A stretch of DNA of 63,532 bases, filler included, from Conidiobolus incongruus B7586 (lineage: Eukaryota), in NCBI GenBank assembly GCA_000697335.1. It is 9 parts of 9 records of this genome, joined end to end, with 100 filler letters (N's around TTAATTAATTAA, not from the genome) between each part and the next. Parts side by side here need not be neighbours in the genome. Positions count along the whole stretch, not along the records: positions 35,424 to 44,239 come from JNEM01006497.1; positions 44,340 to 52,629 come from JNEM01006498.1; positions 52,730 to 59,810 come from JNEM01006499.1; 6 more parts are not named here. One strand, 5' to 3'. The position numbers were made by a program, and so were the translations under genes. This document shows positions 39,948 to 52,935 of the stretch, in pieces. Numbering within the stretch: position 1 is the first letter of the stretch; every line of letters starts with the position of its first letter. The notes beneath the pieces were generated by a model. The model was not told the origin of the DNA and ran no database searches. It saw nothing but the letters and a program-made list of their open reading frames with translations.

Positions 39948-40870
39948 ATGAAAAAACAAGCTACTTCCCTTTTATCTAATCCTTGGGTTCAAGGAGTAAG
40001 TAAAATCAATCTTGAATATTTATCATATTAATCTTCTGATTCTAGATTTTATCTTTTGGTTTTGTTTTATTATTAGGTCAATTGGTAAATATTAATTAAT
40101 ATAAAAAAAAATTTAACAATAAATATAACAATTTGTTACTTTAGGTTAAATTATTAAATCATGAAGATCCTAAAGTTATTTGGTAATTTTAGTTATAAAT
40201 GATTATTATAATACGATTTAACATTTTTCTAATAGGAGTTTTAGAGTGATGTATTTGACTTCAAATCTTATTTATTATGGTATTTTATACTCTGTTTATC
40301 AAAAGATTCAAGCCAAAAATGGTATTCAAGTTTACTTAATTTATTCGATTTAATACTAATTTAATTTGAAAGATGAAACTGAGTTAACTTACGTTGAAAA
40401 CCCTCCTATGTTCTCCGAAAGGTAAGTCATATACCCAATAATTTAACTAGCTAAAAAATTAAAAATAATACTTTAGTTCCCCTGTCACCATCATCTCCAC
40501 CTACACTGAATACGATACAAACGAATTGTACAAATTTGTCAAAACTAGTTTGATGTCCTTAGCTATGGTCACCTTTTTGCACTTAAGAATGGGATACATT
40601 CAACCTTTATTCATTCAATCCATCATGCCTTTCAAATCCCTCTACTCTCATCCTCTAATTCAAATTTATATTAGAAAAGTTCCTGATAACTTGGATTTAC
40701 GTAGACCTTTCAAAACTGCTACTCCTTTCAGGTAATTGTTATTATTAATTATTATATAATGATCTGGTATTAATTTCAATTTAAAACTTAGTGGTAACCA
40801 AGTAGTTGAAAAGAAGAATAAGAAGAATGTCAAATCTAAGACTGCTTCCAATACTAAAAAATTAATTTAA
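39948..40870 (+). CDS. PHO88: PHO88/SND3 ER membrane protein; about six short introns
   Basis: TEYD..AMVTFLHLRMGYIQPLFIQSIMPFKSLYSHPLIQIY..DLRRPFK match the Pho88 family; ATG 39948, TAA 40868-40870. Confidence 0.85.
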
Positions 40871-40962
40871 ATATTAAAATGTATGCTAAACCAATACATA
40901 TATAGTTAATTTGTTTAATTACTTTATACAGTACTTATACTAATTATATGAACATTTTGTAT

Positions 40963-41574
40963 TTAAGGATTTAATTGATTTTTAACTTTGATTATTTTTA
41001 ATTGTATATTATTAACTAAATAAATTAATAAATAGTGAGGAATTAATAAGAAAGGAAAGTGAAATCCAAATAAAATCGCATTTGATTGAAAATCAATATT
41101 TGATGACGCGAATATTAAAGTATTTAAAACTGCTAAAATAGTATTGATGAGGTGAAAACTTTAAATAATTCCGATAATGCTAAAATTATTGAGAAATTCG
41201 TCTATATTTAACATGATATAATTAACATTGATTTAATAATATTATGTATAAAAAATATATTATCTTGACCTTTAAAATGATGTAAATACCATAAATGAAT
41301 ACCGTCACTTGGAAGAATACTTTACCCCATAAGGAAGTAAGAAACAAAGCCAAGTGATAATAGTCGGTGTGACCAGGAGTATGTAGAGCAAAAAGCATAA
41401 TGAGATCCCCATAATTTTGAATATAGAATTCGTTTAATTGTTTCAAGAGAGGGATTGGAATATAATTATACATCACTTGTGGGCAATCCGTTATTACAGT
41501 GGTAAAAATATATATAATAAAATTATTAAATAAAAACGTTCAAGGAGACGCTCACTTATTGGCTTAGAACTCAT
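40963..41574 (-). pseudogene. EXPERA/EBP-family (TMEM97/EMA19-like) membrane protein pseudogene
   Basis: MSSKPISERLLERFYL.. then a frameshift in a TA run to TTVITDCPQ..FYIQNYGDLIM..WGKVFFQV; intron; GII*SFH (in-frame stop) ..HFPFLLIP; four TM-like segments. Confidence 0.6.
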
Positions 41575-42069
41575 TTTGATTATTATAAATCATTATCTAA
41601 TCATATATTATAATCACTTCATTTACAGTCACATCCTTATATTGATTTGGATTTTTTATAAATTGTGGTATTTATTAATTATTTTATTAATTAATTTACA
41701 AATAGCCATCAAAAATGCTCCTACAAACTTGTGTAATTTAATTGAAATGATGAATTGCTAATTGATACATTAATGTTGATTCAAAATATTATTTTCAAAT
41801 TAATTTTTATTAAAATACAATTGTCTTTATTCTCAGCTGTAATTGAAAAAATAACTAAACCGAATAATTTAAATTTATATATTTAATTTTTCAAGAATAG
41901 TTGAAAATATGATAAATTTTGTTGATTATTGTATTGAATAAAACAATAATTTTTAGAATATGATAATGGGATATATATATATATATATTTAAAAACATTA
42001 TTATTTATTTTTAGGTTTATGAGTTTTATTTCAAATTTAGTTTCACATATCATTTCAAGTGTTTCATAA

Positions 42070-42403
42070 TGTCGCGGATCGGGAGGTCCGCTCGCCTTTC
42101 AATTTTAACCGTCCGTCAAGATTCCAGATGTAATCCACTCACAAATATCAGGAACAACCCTTGCACAATGGAAAATTCCAGACTATAGCAGAAGCTGGAG
42201 CCTCAACACATTGGCCAAGGATCAACCACACTATAAAATAGTCACTGGACAGATATTTGCTGAGGGATCACTTCGATCAGGGCCAAGCCCTAGATCTTGC
42301 TATTTTAATAAAACTCCTCTAAAGTATCTAGTTAGCCATCTTTGGCCCGTTTCATCGAGCTCACGTGATCTTTATCGCAAGACTACTTTCCAGAAGCCTT
42401 GCA
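42070..42403 (+). mobile_element. Solo-LTR-like element
   Basis: TGTCGCGG..CCTTGCA flanked by ATAA on both sides; internal CTATAAAATA and AATAAAAC; shares CCGTCAA(A)GATTC with the element at 51039..51423 (minus strand). Confidence 0.55.
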
Positions 42404-44339
42404 ATAATGATAAAATTTTGGTAAAAAAATCTTATATAAAAGATTAGATCAATCAGAAAATGATGTAAACGTTATAATTGGATGGAAAATAACCTCCATA
42501 TTTGTGATCTTGAATCTCGACTTTAAAAAATAATTTTATACACAATACTTGGAGCAGTGTCTTTATCAATGATTAAATAAAGAATAGATTGTATAATGAC
42601 TTAAGATTAGTCAAAACATTTTAATAGCTATTTGTAATGCTATTGACAATTGTAAAAATATTTAATCGACTTTTAAAATAGCATAAATCAGAGTATGATA
42701 TTTAAATTGATTAAGCAATTTAGTTCAATCAATATTGTTATTATTCAAAATCTCAAACAATATATTTATACATTATATTCACACGATATTTTATTAATTA
42801 TAATTGTTTTATCACTATTTTAGTGAAATATTCAATTATCATAAATCATTTAATAATTCTTCATATTTAACATATTCAATCAAGAAATATTACAAATACC
42901 ATCCAAATTCCTTAGTAAATAAACTAAGGAAATTTTTATAAATATTATTTTGGTATAAACTTATTGAAACTAATATAAAATTAGATAAAAATTATTAGTT
43001 TGAGAAAGAATATAATCAATATGAGTTAATATTATTTTGATGCTTATCTTATTTTACTTTAAGAATTTTAACAATTAATTAATCATACATCTTAATTTAT
43101 AATATATTATATTAAATAAAAGTAGTGTTTTGGTTGAAAAATTAAAATCGTTATTATAAATACAAAATTAAATATTAATTCGTGCAAACAAATGTTAATA
43201 TCAGGTTCAAAGACTACTATTAGAATAGATTATCTATTATTATCAGAAAAAGAAATTAATAATAAAATAAATATAATTTCTAATATAAAAGGATAATGCT
43301 ATTAATTAAAGTAAACAAAATCAATTAAGACTTTATATATATTAATAACTATATACATATTGATAAAACCAATAAAACCCTCTTTACTGAAAAAAATTTT
43401 TTATCATCCTATCCTTTATATTCATTTGTTTAATCCTTATAATTATGGTTATTTTGTAAACTAATAAATTTCATTTAGGGAAAGAGGTTTATTATAACTG
43501 TTACTTTATAATTTAAATAGAAAGGTGTAATTTTTCAAATATAGAAAACCTTATAAAATAGATAAGCAATTACAAATGATATAGAATTATGCTATTAAAG
43601 AAAAAAAATTATTATTCATCAATTGGTAATATATTTCCTTTAGCTTTTTATTTACTGTTAAAATAGAATTCATAATATATATATATTAAATTTTTAAAGA
43701 ATATAGGATTAATAGCTGGTATTAATGAATTTGATTAAATGAATTGGAATTATTTTAGGTTTATTACTTTTGAAAATTATAAAAAAAGATATGAATTAAT
43801 TCTATCTAAAATTAAATCAAAGAATTACCTATTAATAATAACTTAATTTTAATATTTTTATAGTATTAATATCAGTTATTGGTTTTTAATCAAGGTATTA
43901 TTTGAAAGTTATTATTAACAAAAAACTGAGTATTTTTTTTAAAATATATCTTTGGTAATTATATATTTTATATTCAATAATCTTTTTGAATCATAAGCTA
44001 AAAATTGATTTTTCACTGATATTCAATATTAACATGCTATTTTTATAATATATAAAATTGAAAAAATATAATAACTTAAAATACTCAACTTTTGAATAGA
44101 TTAATAACCTATTTTATATTTATACCCAGTATTTTACTGATTATAACTACCTAAAATAACTATCTATTCTTATAAATATATATTTTTTAATACCTGGCTA
44201 ATAAACACTTAAGTATCTTTTATTCAAAAAATGAATATTNNNNNNNNNNNNNNNNNNNNNNNNNNNNNNNNNNNNNNNNNNNNTTAATTAATTAANNNNN
44301 NNNNNNNNNNNNNNNNNNNNNNNNNNNNNNNNNNNNNNN

Positions 44340-44505
44340 AATTAAATTATAATTATATTAAAAATAATTTGCAAAATTTTTTAATAAAAAAAATCATTAT
44401 ATATTCTCCTAATTATTTTGTATATATTTTTTTCTGAAATTAGTAATATATTTGAAAAATCAAAAATTAAAAAATTTTTCATTTTTAATTCTAAGATGAT
44501 ATTAT
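44340..44505 (-). mobile_element. Mariner left-end fragment beside a gap
   Basis: Reverse complement of the left sub-terminal sequence (TTTGAAAAATCAAAAATTAAAAAATTTTTCATT). Confidence 0.65.
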
Positions 44506-45321
44506 TAAAAATTAACAATTTTGTCATTATATAATTATTTATTTTAAAAACATAAATTACTTTTTGAAGTAAATTTTACTTATATGTTGAATGATAATTA
44601 GTAAAAAAATTTTAGAATTCTAGATAAAATTATACATTTTTAATTAATAATTAAACCATAAATAGATTGTAAAATTATTTAAACAAAACATTTTTAGCAA
44701 TATTTTCTATAAAATATTTTAACAACTTTGAATATTAATCTAATTTCAAATACCACAACATTATCATAATCTGACTTTATTGTGACTTTTCAAATTCAAA
44801 TTCAAATTGAATAGATATCCATTTTATTTATTGTTTGGCAAAAGTAATGTGAAATTTAACTATATCAAGTCATTTATTTACAATTAAATGTATAAGATTA
44901 TAAGGGGTATTATTTGGAATCTTAATTTGTTATGGTCTTTGATTTGAAAGTAATTATTACTATTTAAAAATGAAATAGCATAATACTTGATAATTATAAC
45001 ATATAGTGAACATCATTATATAGTATCTATATCTAGTAATACAATGATCATAATCCACTACTAAACCAAAGTATGTTCATAAAAATGTCTAACTTTTGAT
45101 GTATGCTTAACAAAAAATTCACATAGCCTATCACATTAAGCAAATCGAATCAAAATCATCATATTTAGATTTAATCGTATCGAGATGACTGGAGTTAAAT
45201 TACATTTAATAAAACTTTCAGAGGTATAAATACCACAGAAGTCAGTTGAAAATCTAAATTTTAAAAAGGTTAATAATAAAATTGTTATTAGTTATAATTA
45301 ATCTATAAAATAAATTTTGCT

Positions 45322-46218
45322 ATGTTATTGGTTGGGGATATATTTTATAAGATTTTGATTTATTCAAGTATTCATTTTATGACGGATTACTTGTTAACTT
45401 ATACCTTCAATCCTAAAGTTATTCAGCAGTTGTCAAAGAGTGATAGAGTTGATTTGGGTGAAAAGTAAGTATTATTTTATGATTTTCATATAATTAACTG
45501 ATATAAAATTGCTATTAGAATGGCTTCAACAGTCAACGGAATGATAACGGGAGGTTTGGCTTTATATATCATATTTTATCAAAATTCTTTCGTTGGTGAT
45601 GTTTACTATCCATACAACGAGACTATGGACACCTTCTTCAACAATCTAATAGCATATTCCATTTACGACTGTATTGTTATGTACATGAAATCCAGCGAAG
45701 AACTCACCTTTTGGATTCACCATATTTGTAGCTTAATTGGATGTTATTTAACTCCTGTAAGTAAAAAATTTTAAAACATTTATCCAATTAATCTGATTTA
45801 ATTTTAGATTTATAAAATTGGTGCCTTCTTCCCAATTGTATTCGGTATTACAGAAATAACAGTTGTTACTAATAACTTTGTATGGTATTTGCAGAGATTA
45901 CAATTTAAAGATACTGAACTTTATGATAAAGCATTATTTATGAGAGCTTTAGTATTTACCTCAATGAGACCATTATGTGGAGTTTTTGCTTTGTACTATG
46001 CTATTCAGAACCCTGGTCCCGTTCCTAATAATTTATTATATAAAAGTTTGAATTTTGTTGAAAAGGCCACAGTAAGCTGGAATAACTTTACAAGTATGCC
46101 TTTTGTAGCTAGTGTCCTTATAGGTACTTTTGCTCTAATGCTAACTTTTTTGAATATTGTTTGGTCCTATGTGATATTGGTCAATTACTTGAAGAAAAAG
46201 AAAACTAGAATTGATTGA
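45322..46218 (+). CDS. TLC (TRAM/LAG1/CLN8) domain membrane protein; two introns (~45464..45518, ~45757..45808)
   Basis: Spliced MLLVGDIF..DLGEK/MASTVNG..YSIYD..FWIHHIC..TEIT..WYL..R; multiple TM helices; basic C-terminus. Confidence 0.75.
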
Positions 46219-46345
46219 TACATAAATAAAATATTATAGTTTGAGATTAAATATATTTATTATTGTGATTCTTATACTTTATAAATAATTTATATGATAA
46301 CTATTGCTGATAAATACTTAAATATACATGTATAGAGAAAACTGA

Positions 46346-47020
46346 TTATTCCTGCTTAAAAAATTTGCGTGATTTAGGAATTACACGAGTTCTACCATTT
46401 GGCCCAACTTCCAAAATCGGACGATTTTCAAACCACTCCCAACCATCGTTCGATCCAGGTTCCGTAAATTCGTCAATTAGAGGATAACCTGGGATATTGG
46501 CAACCAATAGCTTGGGTCCAGTCAATCTTCCATTGTTATTTCCCTGAATTTGAATATCTGCACAATTCATATAATACTCACGGTTTCCCGTTTTGTTAAT
46601 CCATCCCCATGCAAATATCACATGATCTGAAGAAGGTGCATTGTGAGGAATTGTGACATCAAACTCAGTACCCGATTCAGCCAGACATGTGCCTCTCACA
46701 TCTTGAATCACTACAAAGTTTTCTCCATTATCATAGCTCAATGCAAATTGGCAATGGCCTCCATTGTGCGGTGCCTCTCCATAGATCGAGACATGAATAG
46801 GTGATCCTGCTGTATAAGCGCCGGCCGAAGGACCTTGAGGATACCCCCTGCAAGGATATGCAAATCCATTGTTTAGAGGCGAATTCATTGCATAGTCTAC
46901 ATTTTTTTCATTGAGATAAGATGAATGAAACTGTGATTTTCTTGGAGCGGGCTCTTTCATTTCCATATGACATCGAATTAAGACTAAATAACTTAGAAAT
47001 AAAATTCTAAAAATTATCAT
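46346..47020 (-). CDS. Secreted lytic polysaccharide monooxygenase, AA11-like (chitin-active)
   Basis: Signal peptide followed by N-terminal His (HMEMKEPAPR); YPCRG, HNGGHCQFALSYD, WINKTGNREYYMNCADI, LVANIPG. Confidence 0.88.
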   Translation of the reverse strand: MIIFRILFLSYLVLIRCHMEMKEPAPRKSQFHSSYLNEKNVDYAMNSPLNNGFAYPCRGYPQGPSAGAYTAGSPIHVSIYGEAPHNGGHCQFALSYDNGENFVVIQDVRGTCLAESGTEFDVTIPHNAPSSDHVIFAWGWINKTGNREYYMNCADIQIQGNNNGRLTGPKLLVANIPGYPLIDEFTEPGSNDGWEWFENRPILEVGPNGRTRVIPKSRKFFKQE

Positions 47021-47571
47021 TATTGTATTTGATTAAAAATTTTTGTTGATTTTTTAGTTTTGATAATGCGTATTTATATATCATAATAATATCCAGAATC
47101 AATAATTGATCAAGGCTCATTGTTAATATCACATTTAATTTTTATTTTTTCGGAAATTTAAAGTACTATTAGAACCTAAATTAATCATAAATTATAATAA
47201 AATAAAAACTCCGTTATTAAATTTCTAATTTAATATTAATCAAACAATAAACAATGTAAACATTATGAAATCTTGTGATTTTTGATTGGTTATTATGTAT
47301 TTTAAATTCAATTAGTTGATAGATGATTTTTTATTTTGTAAAAATGATAATATTAAAATGCAATCTAATTGATTTGTTCTTTAACTTAAATAGGTTGAAC
47401 TATTAGTTTAATTAATATTATCATATAGGAAATTATTTTTATGATATATAAAGATTTGCTGATTATTATTATAAATTGGTATCTAAAATGGTTTTAGAAA
47501 TAAAATATAAGCGAAATAATTTTAATTTCAATTAGTAATTCAAGTTTATTGGATCATCTCAAGAGTATAAA

Positions 47572-49123
47572 TTAATCAGTTAACATAGATGTGAGGTGGG
47601 CTAAGCCTTCAAGATCATTTTCCAAAAAAGATACACGAATATACTTGGCAGAGACAGCTACTGAGGATTTTTGGAGCATCTTGTTTAATTCGAGGGTAGA
47701 TTCGATATCTTTGACTAATTCATCGAAACGCTCTCTGGAATTAACTGGTAATTGATTGGAATAGAGCTCAATTAATCCATTATCGTCTTCTAAATTGGCA
47801 TGAAAACTAATTTTGGCATTGAAATCACCACTTTGAATGAGATCAACAAGCATTTCTTCGATTTGGTTAGTGGATTTTAGGCCAATGATTTCGCTGAGCT
47901 GAGTGAAAGAAATCAGTTTGAATTCTTGCAAGCTGAGGATTTTGCGAGGGTAGTAAGATTTAGATAATTGCTGAATGAGTCCCCAGTTATTATCTGCTAT
48001 AAATTTTTCTCGGTTCTTAGAAATATGATTGTTCCATTGGTCAATGTTTTGGCTTGATCTAATCAATAAGTAAATTGGATTGTAAGACTGAATTTCAATG
48101 CTGGCTTTGCTAGATAATTTTTTAATTTGGCTATCTCTCTCTTTAAAATTCAATAGTTCAATTAAGATTCCCTTTTTAATAGATTCTATTTGAATTTGTG
48201 ATAAGTTATTACCAGGAGTAATCAATACCAATTTCAAATGTTGTATAGCTTTAGAATATTCTTTATAACCACAGTAAATCAATGCTGCATAATAATGAAA
48301 AGTTAAATAATCTTCAATTTTGATTAAAGATAACTTAGTATCAATGTCGAAATAAGTGTGCTCTTGGATAACTCTCAATCCAATATGGTATGTTTTTGTA
48401 ATTAAACAAAGCTATAAAAGCAGATTAGAAATATAAGCGATAAAACCATATCGTATATTACCTTCAAAATAATGGAATGAATTGGATTTAATAAGTTAGA
48501 ATTATATAATTTTGATTTTAAATTCAAAAGTAGTTTTAATGCAGCCAATTTCTGAATAATATGAAAGAATTATTCTAAAGGCTATATTAAATAAAATCAA
48601 AATATGATATTACTTGGTTGGCTAATTCTTCAACAACAATTCTTTGATCGTCTGCTAATTGATTCAATTCCGTAGCCAAATCACCAACTAATTACAAATA
48701 ATAATAACCAATATTCAAGTGACAATGATAAAAGTTACCTAATTCAGGAATTAAAGATATTTGATAAGCATCGAACTTAGGAATTGATAATTTTAACAGC
48801 CATAAGGAAGAATAAATTGCATGAGAATTAGTGTGAATTAATTGACGAAAATGAGCAGTACTAAAAAAATACTGTAAGCATTAATTTGAAAATTGCATTG
48901 TAGGTAAATTATCTTACAATAGAGACAGCCAAGTTAAACTATGAGCACCAGGGTCAAGCTGATCAAGATAAGATCTTCCTTCGATATCGACAATTGAAGA
49001 TAGACGTGATGGTAATCCTTTCAGTTGATTTAAAAGTTCATCAGGATAAGTGGTGCATTCAGAATTAATAACTGGAGGTATAGCACTTAATGTAAAATTA
49101 ATAATACTTTGTAATTGACTCAT
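47572..49123 (-). CDS. CSN3: COP9 signalosome subunit 3; about four introns
   Basis: LDQLDPGAHSLTWL, FDAYQISLIPE, LTFHYYAALIYCGYKEY, SQIQIESIKK, NNWGLIQQ and a C-terminal PCI winged helix. Confidence 0.82.
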
Positions 49124-49538
49124 TTATATTTTATTTTAGTTTATTTTAAATAGCTTGTATAATGCTATATGCTAATATTGATTAATTTAGATGATTTCTA
49201 ATTATGAGACTTGTACATATTGAAATTAAAATAGCTTAAAAAATATTAAATTATTATGGGATAATATTGATATTAGTGTCAATATACCAAAATGAGTTAT
49301 ATTCAAAGTTGTAATTACTAAAAAAGGAGTAAAAATAAAACAATTTATTTAAAAAATGTAAATCTAATAGGTAATTTAAGAAAGAGACAGACAAAAATAG
49401 AACATGTAATAAATAATAAATGAAAAAAATATTCTATATTTATTATTCTAAATAAGATTCTAGTATATAATTAAATGAGCAATAGGATGATGATAAATTG
49501 ATACAGATAAATACACTACCAAGATTTTAAAGATAGAA

Positions 49539-50296
49539 TTATTCATCTTGATTGGAGGTAGATGCTTTTTGGATTTTTTCTTCTTGAAGTTTGATAAATG
49601 CTTCACACTTTCTTTTAATTTGGCCAACACTCTCTTGCCAAGTATTTAATTTCATATCTCTGAACATGGCCTAAAAATTGGCAGCATTAGTAAGTATTAT
49701 TAACCTTGCTGATGAATAGATTTACTTCGTAATCTTTGCCATGTTTTGAAATTAGTTTTTCGGCATGTTTCATTTGAGTATCTGAATAATGTTTGTGAGT
49801 TTCGTATTGTTTGTTAGCAATTTTTTCCAACTCTAAAATTTTCAAATAAAAATACTATCAAATAATTTAATGAGAATATGAAATTACCTCTGACAACATC
49901 AGTTTTGGCAGGTGCGGGGGGTAAAGGGGTATCTAGAAAGTCTTCAGGTTCGGCAATAGTAACTTTAGTGATGTTGCCCTCCTCGTCTCTTTCAACAACA
50001 CCAAAACCAGGACCCATGATACGGCTAATGGTTTTAGGGTCCATATTCTCCATCTGCTCATCAGTTAATTCAGGACGAGCCAAACTGTTATCAAAATTAG
50101 CTCCTTTTCCATCTGTCATACCGTTTAGTCTAGATTGAAGACCTAATTTTTCATAATTTTGCTGTAATGTTAATTTGGGATCCCAATTATCCTTAATAAC
50201 TTTAATATTGGGTGTAGGCAGTTTTTTATTTTGCTTCATTCTCTTAACCTTCATACCAGGATTTTTCAATTTTTTGCGTTGCCTTGGATTAGCCAT
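49539..50296 (-). CDS. NOP16: Nucleolar protein 16 (60S biogenesis); two introns
   Basis: MANPRQRKK, NWDPKLTLQQNYEKLGL, VERDEEGNI, spliced LISKHGKDYE/AMFRDMKLNTWQES. Confidence 0.9.
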
Positions 50297-51038
50297 TGTG
50301 ATATTGTTTTGTTATATAATATATATTGATTAGTATAATATTAAAATTTGATAAATAAATATAAATAAAAAATTCCAAAAATATATACAAATAATTGGTA
50401 TAGTTAAAATTATGGGATCTTAATTTTTTTCTCATCTTTAATAATAAATCTGAATCAAATTTAACCTTTGATCAAAAGATATATTCTTGCAAATATAAAT
50501 TTACAACCATATATTCTCTTTGAAGGGAAGAAAAGTCACAAGAGGATTGATACTGATCTAATGTAGATGTGCAGTTGACCAATCAATGACAATTAGAAGC
50601 AACAAAACCATTTTAGGATCCGAGTATTACCCCCAAGCATTGCCTGTGACTAAGTGTGGACAGTTACACTAACCAACCTTAATTATCTTTAAATTTCAGT
50701 GTAATATAAACCAAATGTAAATTTGGTTTGAACTGATAATTTTGATTGTTTTGATTCAGAATTTAAATATAATTTGTGTAAATCTAATCCGATATATTGA
50801 TTTTTTTAATAGTTTAATTTTGGTTGGACCCTATCAATATCGCTTATTAGGTCAACAGATAATTTTTTATATCACAATTCATACAAAACTTAAATTCTTT
50901 AATTGTTTTTATAATCGAATTATTGATTTATATAACAATTAAAATATAGCATATCTAATATAGTTTATCTGTATTTTTCAGTTTTTCTACTAGTTTAATT
51001 GTTTATTTTCAAAATATACAATACAAAAAAACCCAGAA

Positions 51039-51423
51039 TGTTAGGGAAACATATGTGATCAACTTTTATTTCAGGTAATTATGTATGATATTCACACTGG
51101 CTGGGAAGTCAGGTGTCTATATAACTTTTAAGTAAATAGTCGTCTTCTGGTACGATGCCTGTTAGGTGATATAAAAGTGATAATTTATTGTATAACCTGG
51201 ATTGTTGGGAGTGCCCTGGGAAGAGGACCAACGTGGCAACTTGGTTTTAGTTTGCATATTTATAGTTGTTTGGCGTATCTTCCAAGAGTACGAGGGGAAC
51301 ATCGGGTGGGACGATTGAACCGCAGTTCGGGTGTATTTATTGGTCATCTTCTAGGTGAATCTTTGACGGGGTTCTCGAATGATCTGAATTGTTAAGGTTG
51401 AACGGGTCTTCCGGCCCGTGACA
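51039..51423 (-). mobile_element. Solo-LTR-like element (385 bp)
   Basis: On the minus strand TGTCACGG..CCCTAACA termini, internal CTATAAATA and AATAAA; no perfect TSD. Confidence 0.6.
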
Positions 51424-52729
51424 ATAAATTGAATGGACAAATTTAAATTCTCTTGAAATACTATATATTATAAATTTAAAATCTCTATTAATCTATAATG
51501 AATTGGGATTTATATTAATAATAATAAATTACAGATGTTGATGTTTAGGATATAATTTTATTTTTTTGATCAATTATAAATATAAAATTATTAAAGATTA
51601 TAATATTTATAATGTTCAATTTATAGAAATAAAAAATTATATTGTTTTAATAATTATAATTACTGAAATAATGAATAATCAACTAAAAACATCTTTTTAA
51701 ATATATTACAAATATGGCTGTTATATATATAGATATTTTTTGATATTTTGGTGATCTACTTAACCAACTTCATCTTATAATCCATTACCTAAAAAAGATT
51801 CTATTTAAAATATCCATCACATTATTGCAAGATCTTATATTTCTTAAGAAAAATAAATTCTTTTATACTATGTCATATTTTTATTTAGAAACTCTAGATA
51901 CCTTTACCTTTTCTTTAATCTTTCCCATAATTTATTCTTTATTCTATTTTATTTATATTACCTAAAATCATACCTTAATAAATAACTTTGATAACCTGAA
52001 ATAAGCAAATATCCTAGTTTCCAGCATTAGGATAATATATACTACCAATAATCAACAAATGGTTTATAAAAGAACCATTGTCAGAATATCTTTATAACAT
52101 CACTTCTAGCTCGATTTAAATCCTATTAAGCCTTTAACAAACCCTAAAAAGCAAATTAACCCAAGATACTAAATAAATAATAAACAAATATCCTATATAT
52201 TTCTTTATAAATGGTCTACTAGTAATTGATACAACCATACTAATATAAATATAGAATATAAAAGAAAAATTAGAAATTATAATAGGTTTGCAATAGTAAT
52301 TATTAATATAAAAACTATTCAATGATATAATTTTAAAATTAAATTTTGATAGAATTATAAATATTTAATTTATAAAAATTAATAATAATATATAATTGAT
52401 ATTTTTATTATTAATAGACTTTTTCATACTTTTGATAATTTTTTATATATTATATTATAGTTTCACTTATTTGATAATTATATATTATTATAAAATTATT
52501 TAAAGATCTTTATTATAATTAAAAACTCTCTCCTAACAAGAAAATTTATATTAATATTAACTTATATATTATATAGTTAATTTTTTATAATTTAATATAA
52601 ATATCCGATTTATTTAAAAATAATAATTTNNNNNNNNNNNNNNNNNNNNNNNNNNNNNNNNNNNNNNNNNNNNTTAATTAATTAANNNNNNNNNNNNNNN
52701 NNNNNNNNNNNNNNNNNNNNNNNNNNNNN

Positions 52730-52935
52730 AAAAAATTTTACAAATAAATTAATTTATCAAATATTAAATTTCAGTTATTAATAAAAAGGACTATTTTTTA
52801 AATATTACATGCTTATTAAAAATATGGTAAAAGGTTATTAATAATAAAGGAAACTATTAGTTTTAATAAATTATATATAGATATTTTTTTAATTTAAATT
52901 TTGAAATTATATTTTCATTTAATTTCTATACTAAT
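52730..52935 (+). mobile_element. Mariner 3' end fragment
   Basis: Translates LLKIW*KVINNKGNY*, the typical mariner C-terminus (LPERWQKVIDNxGxY). Confidence 0.8.

Noticed and set aside
42211..42447. 78-aa ORF; also the ORFs at 51162..51395
   Set aside because: They lie inside LTR-like elements and have no recognisable protein features.
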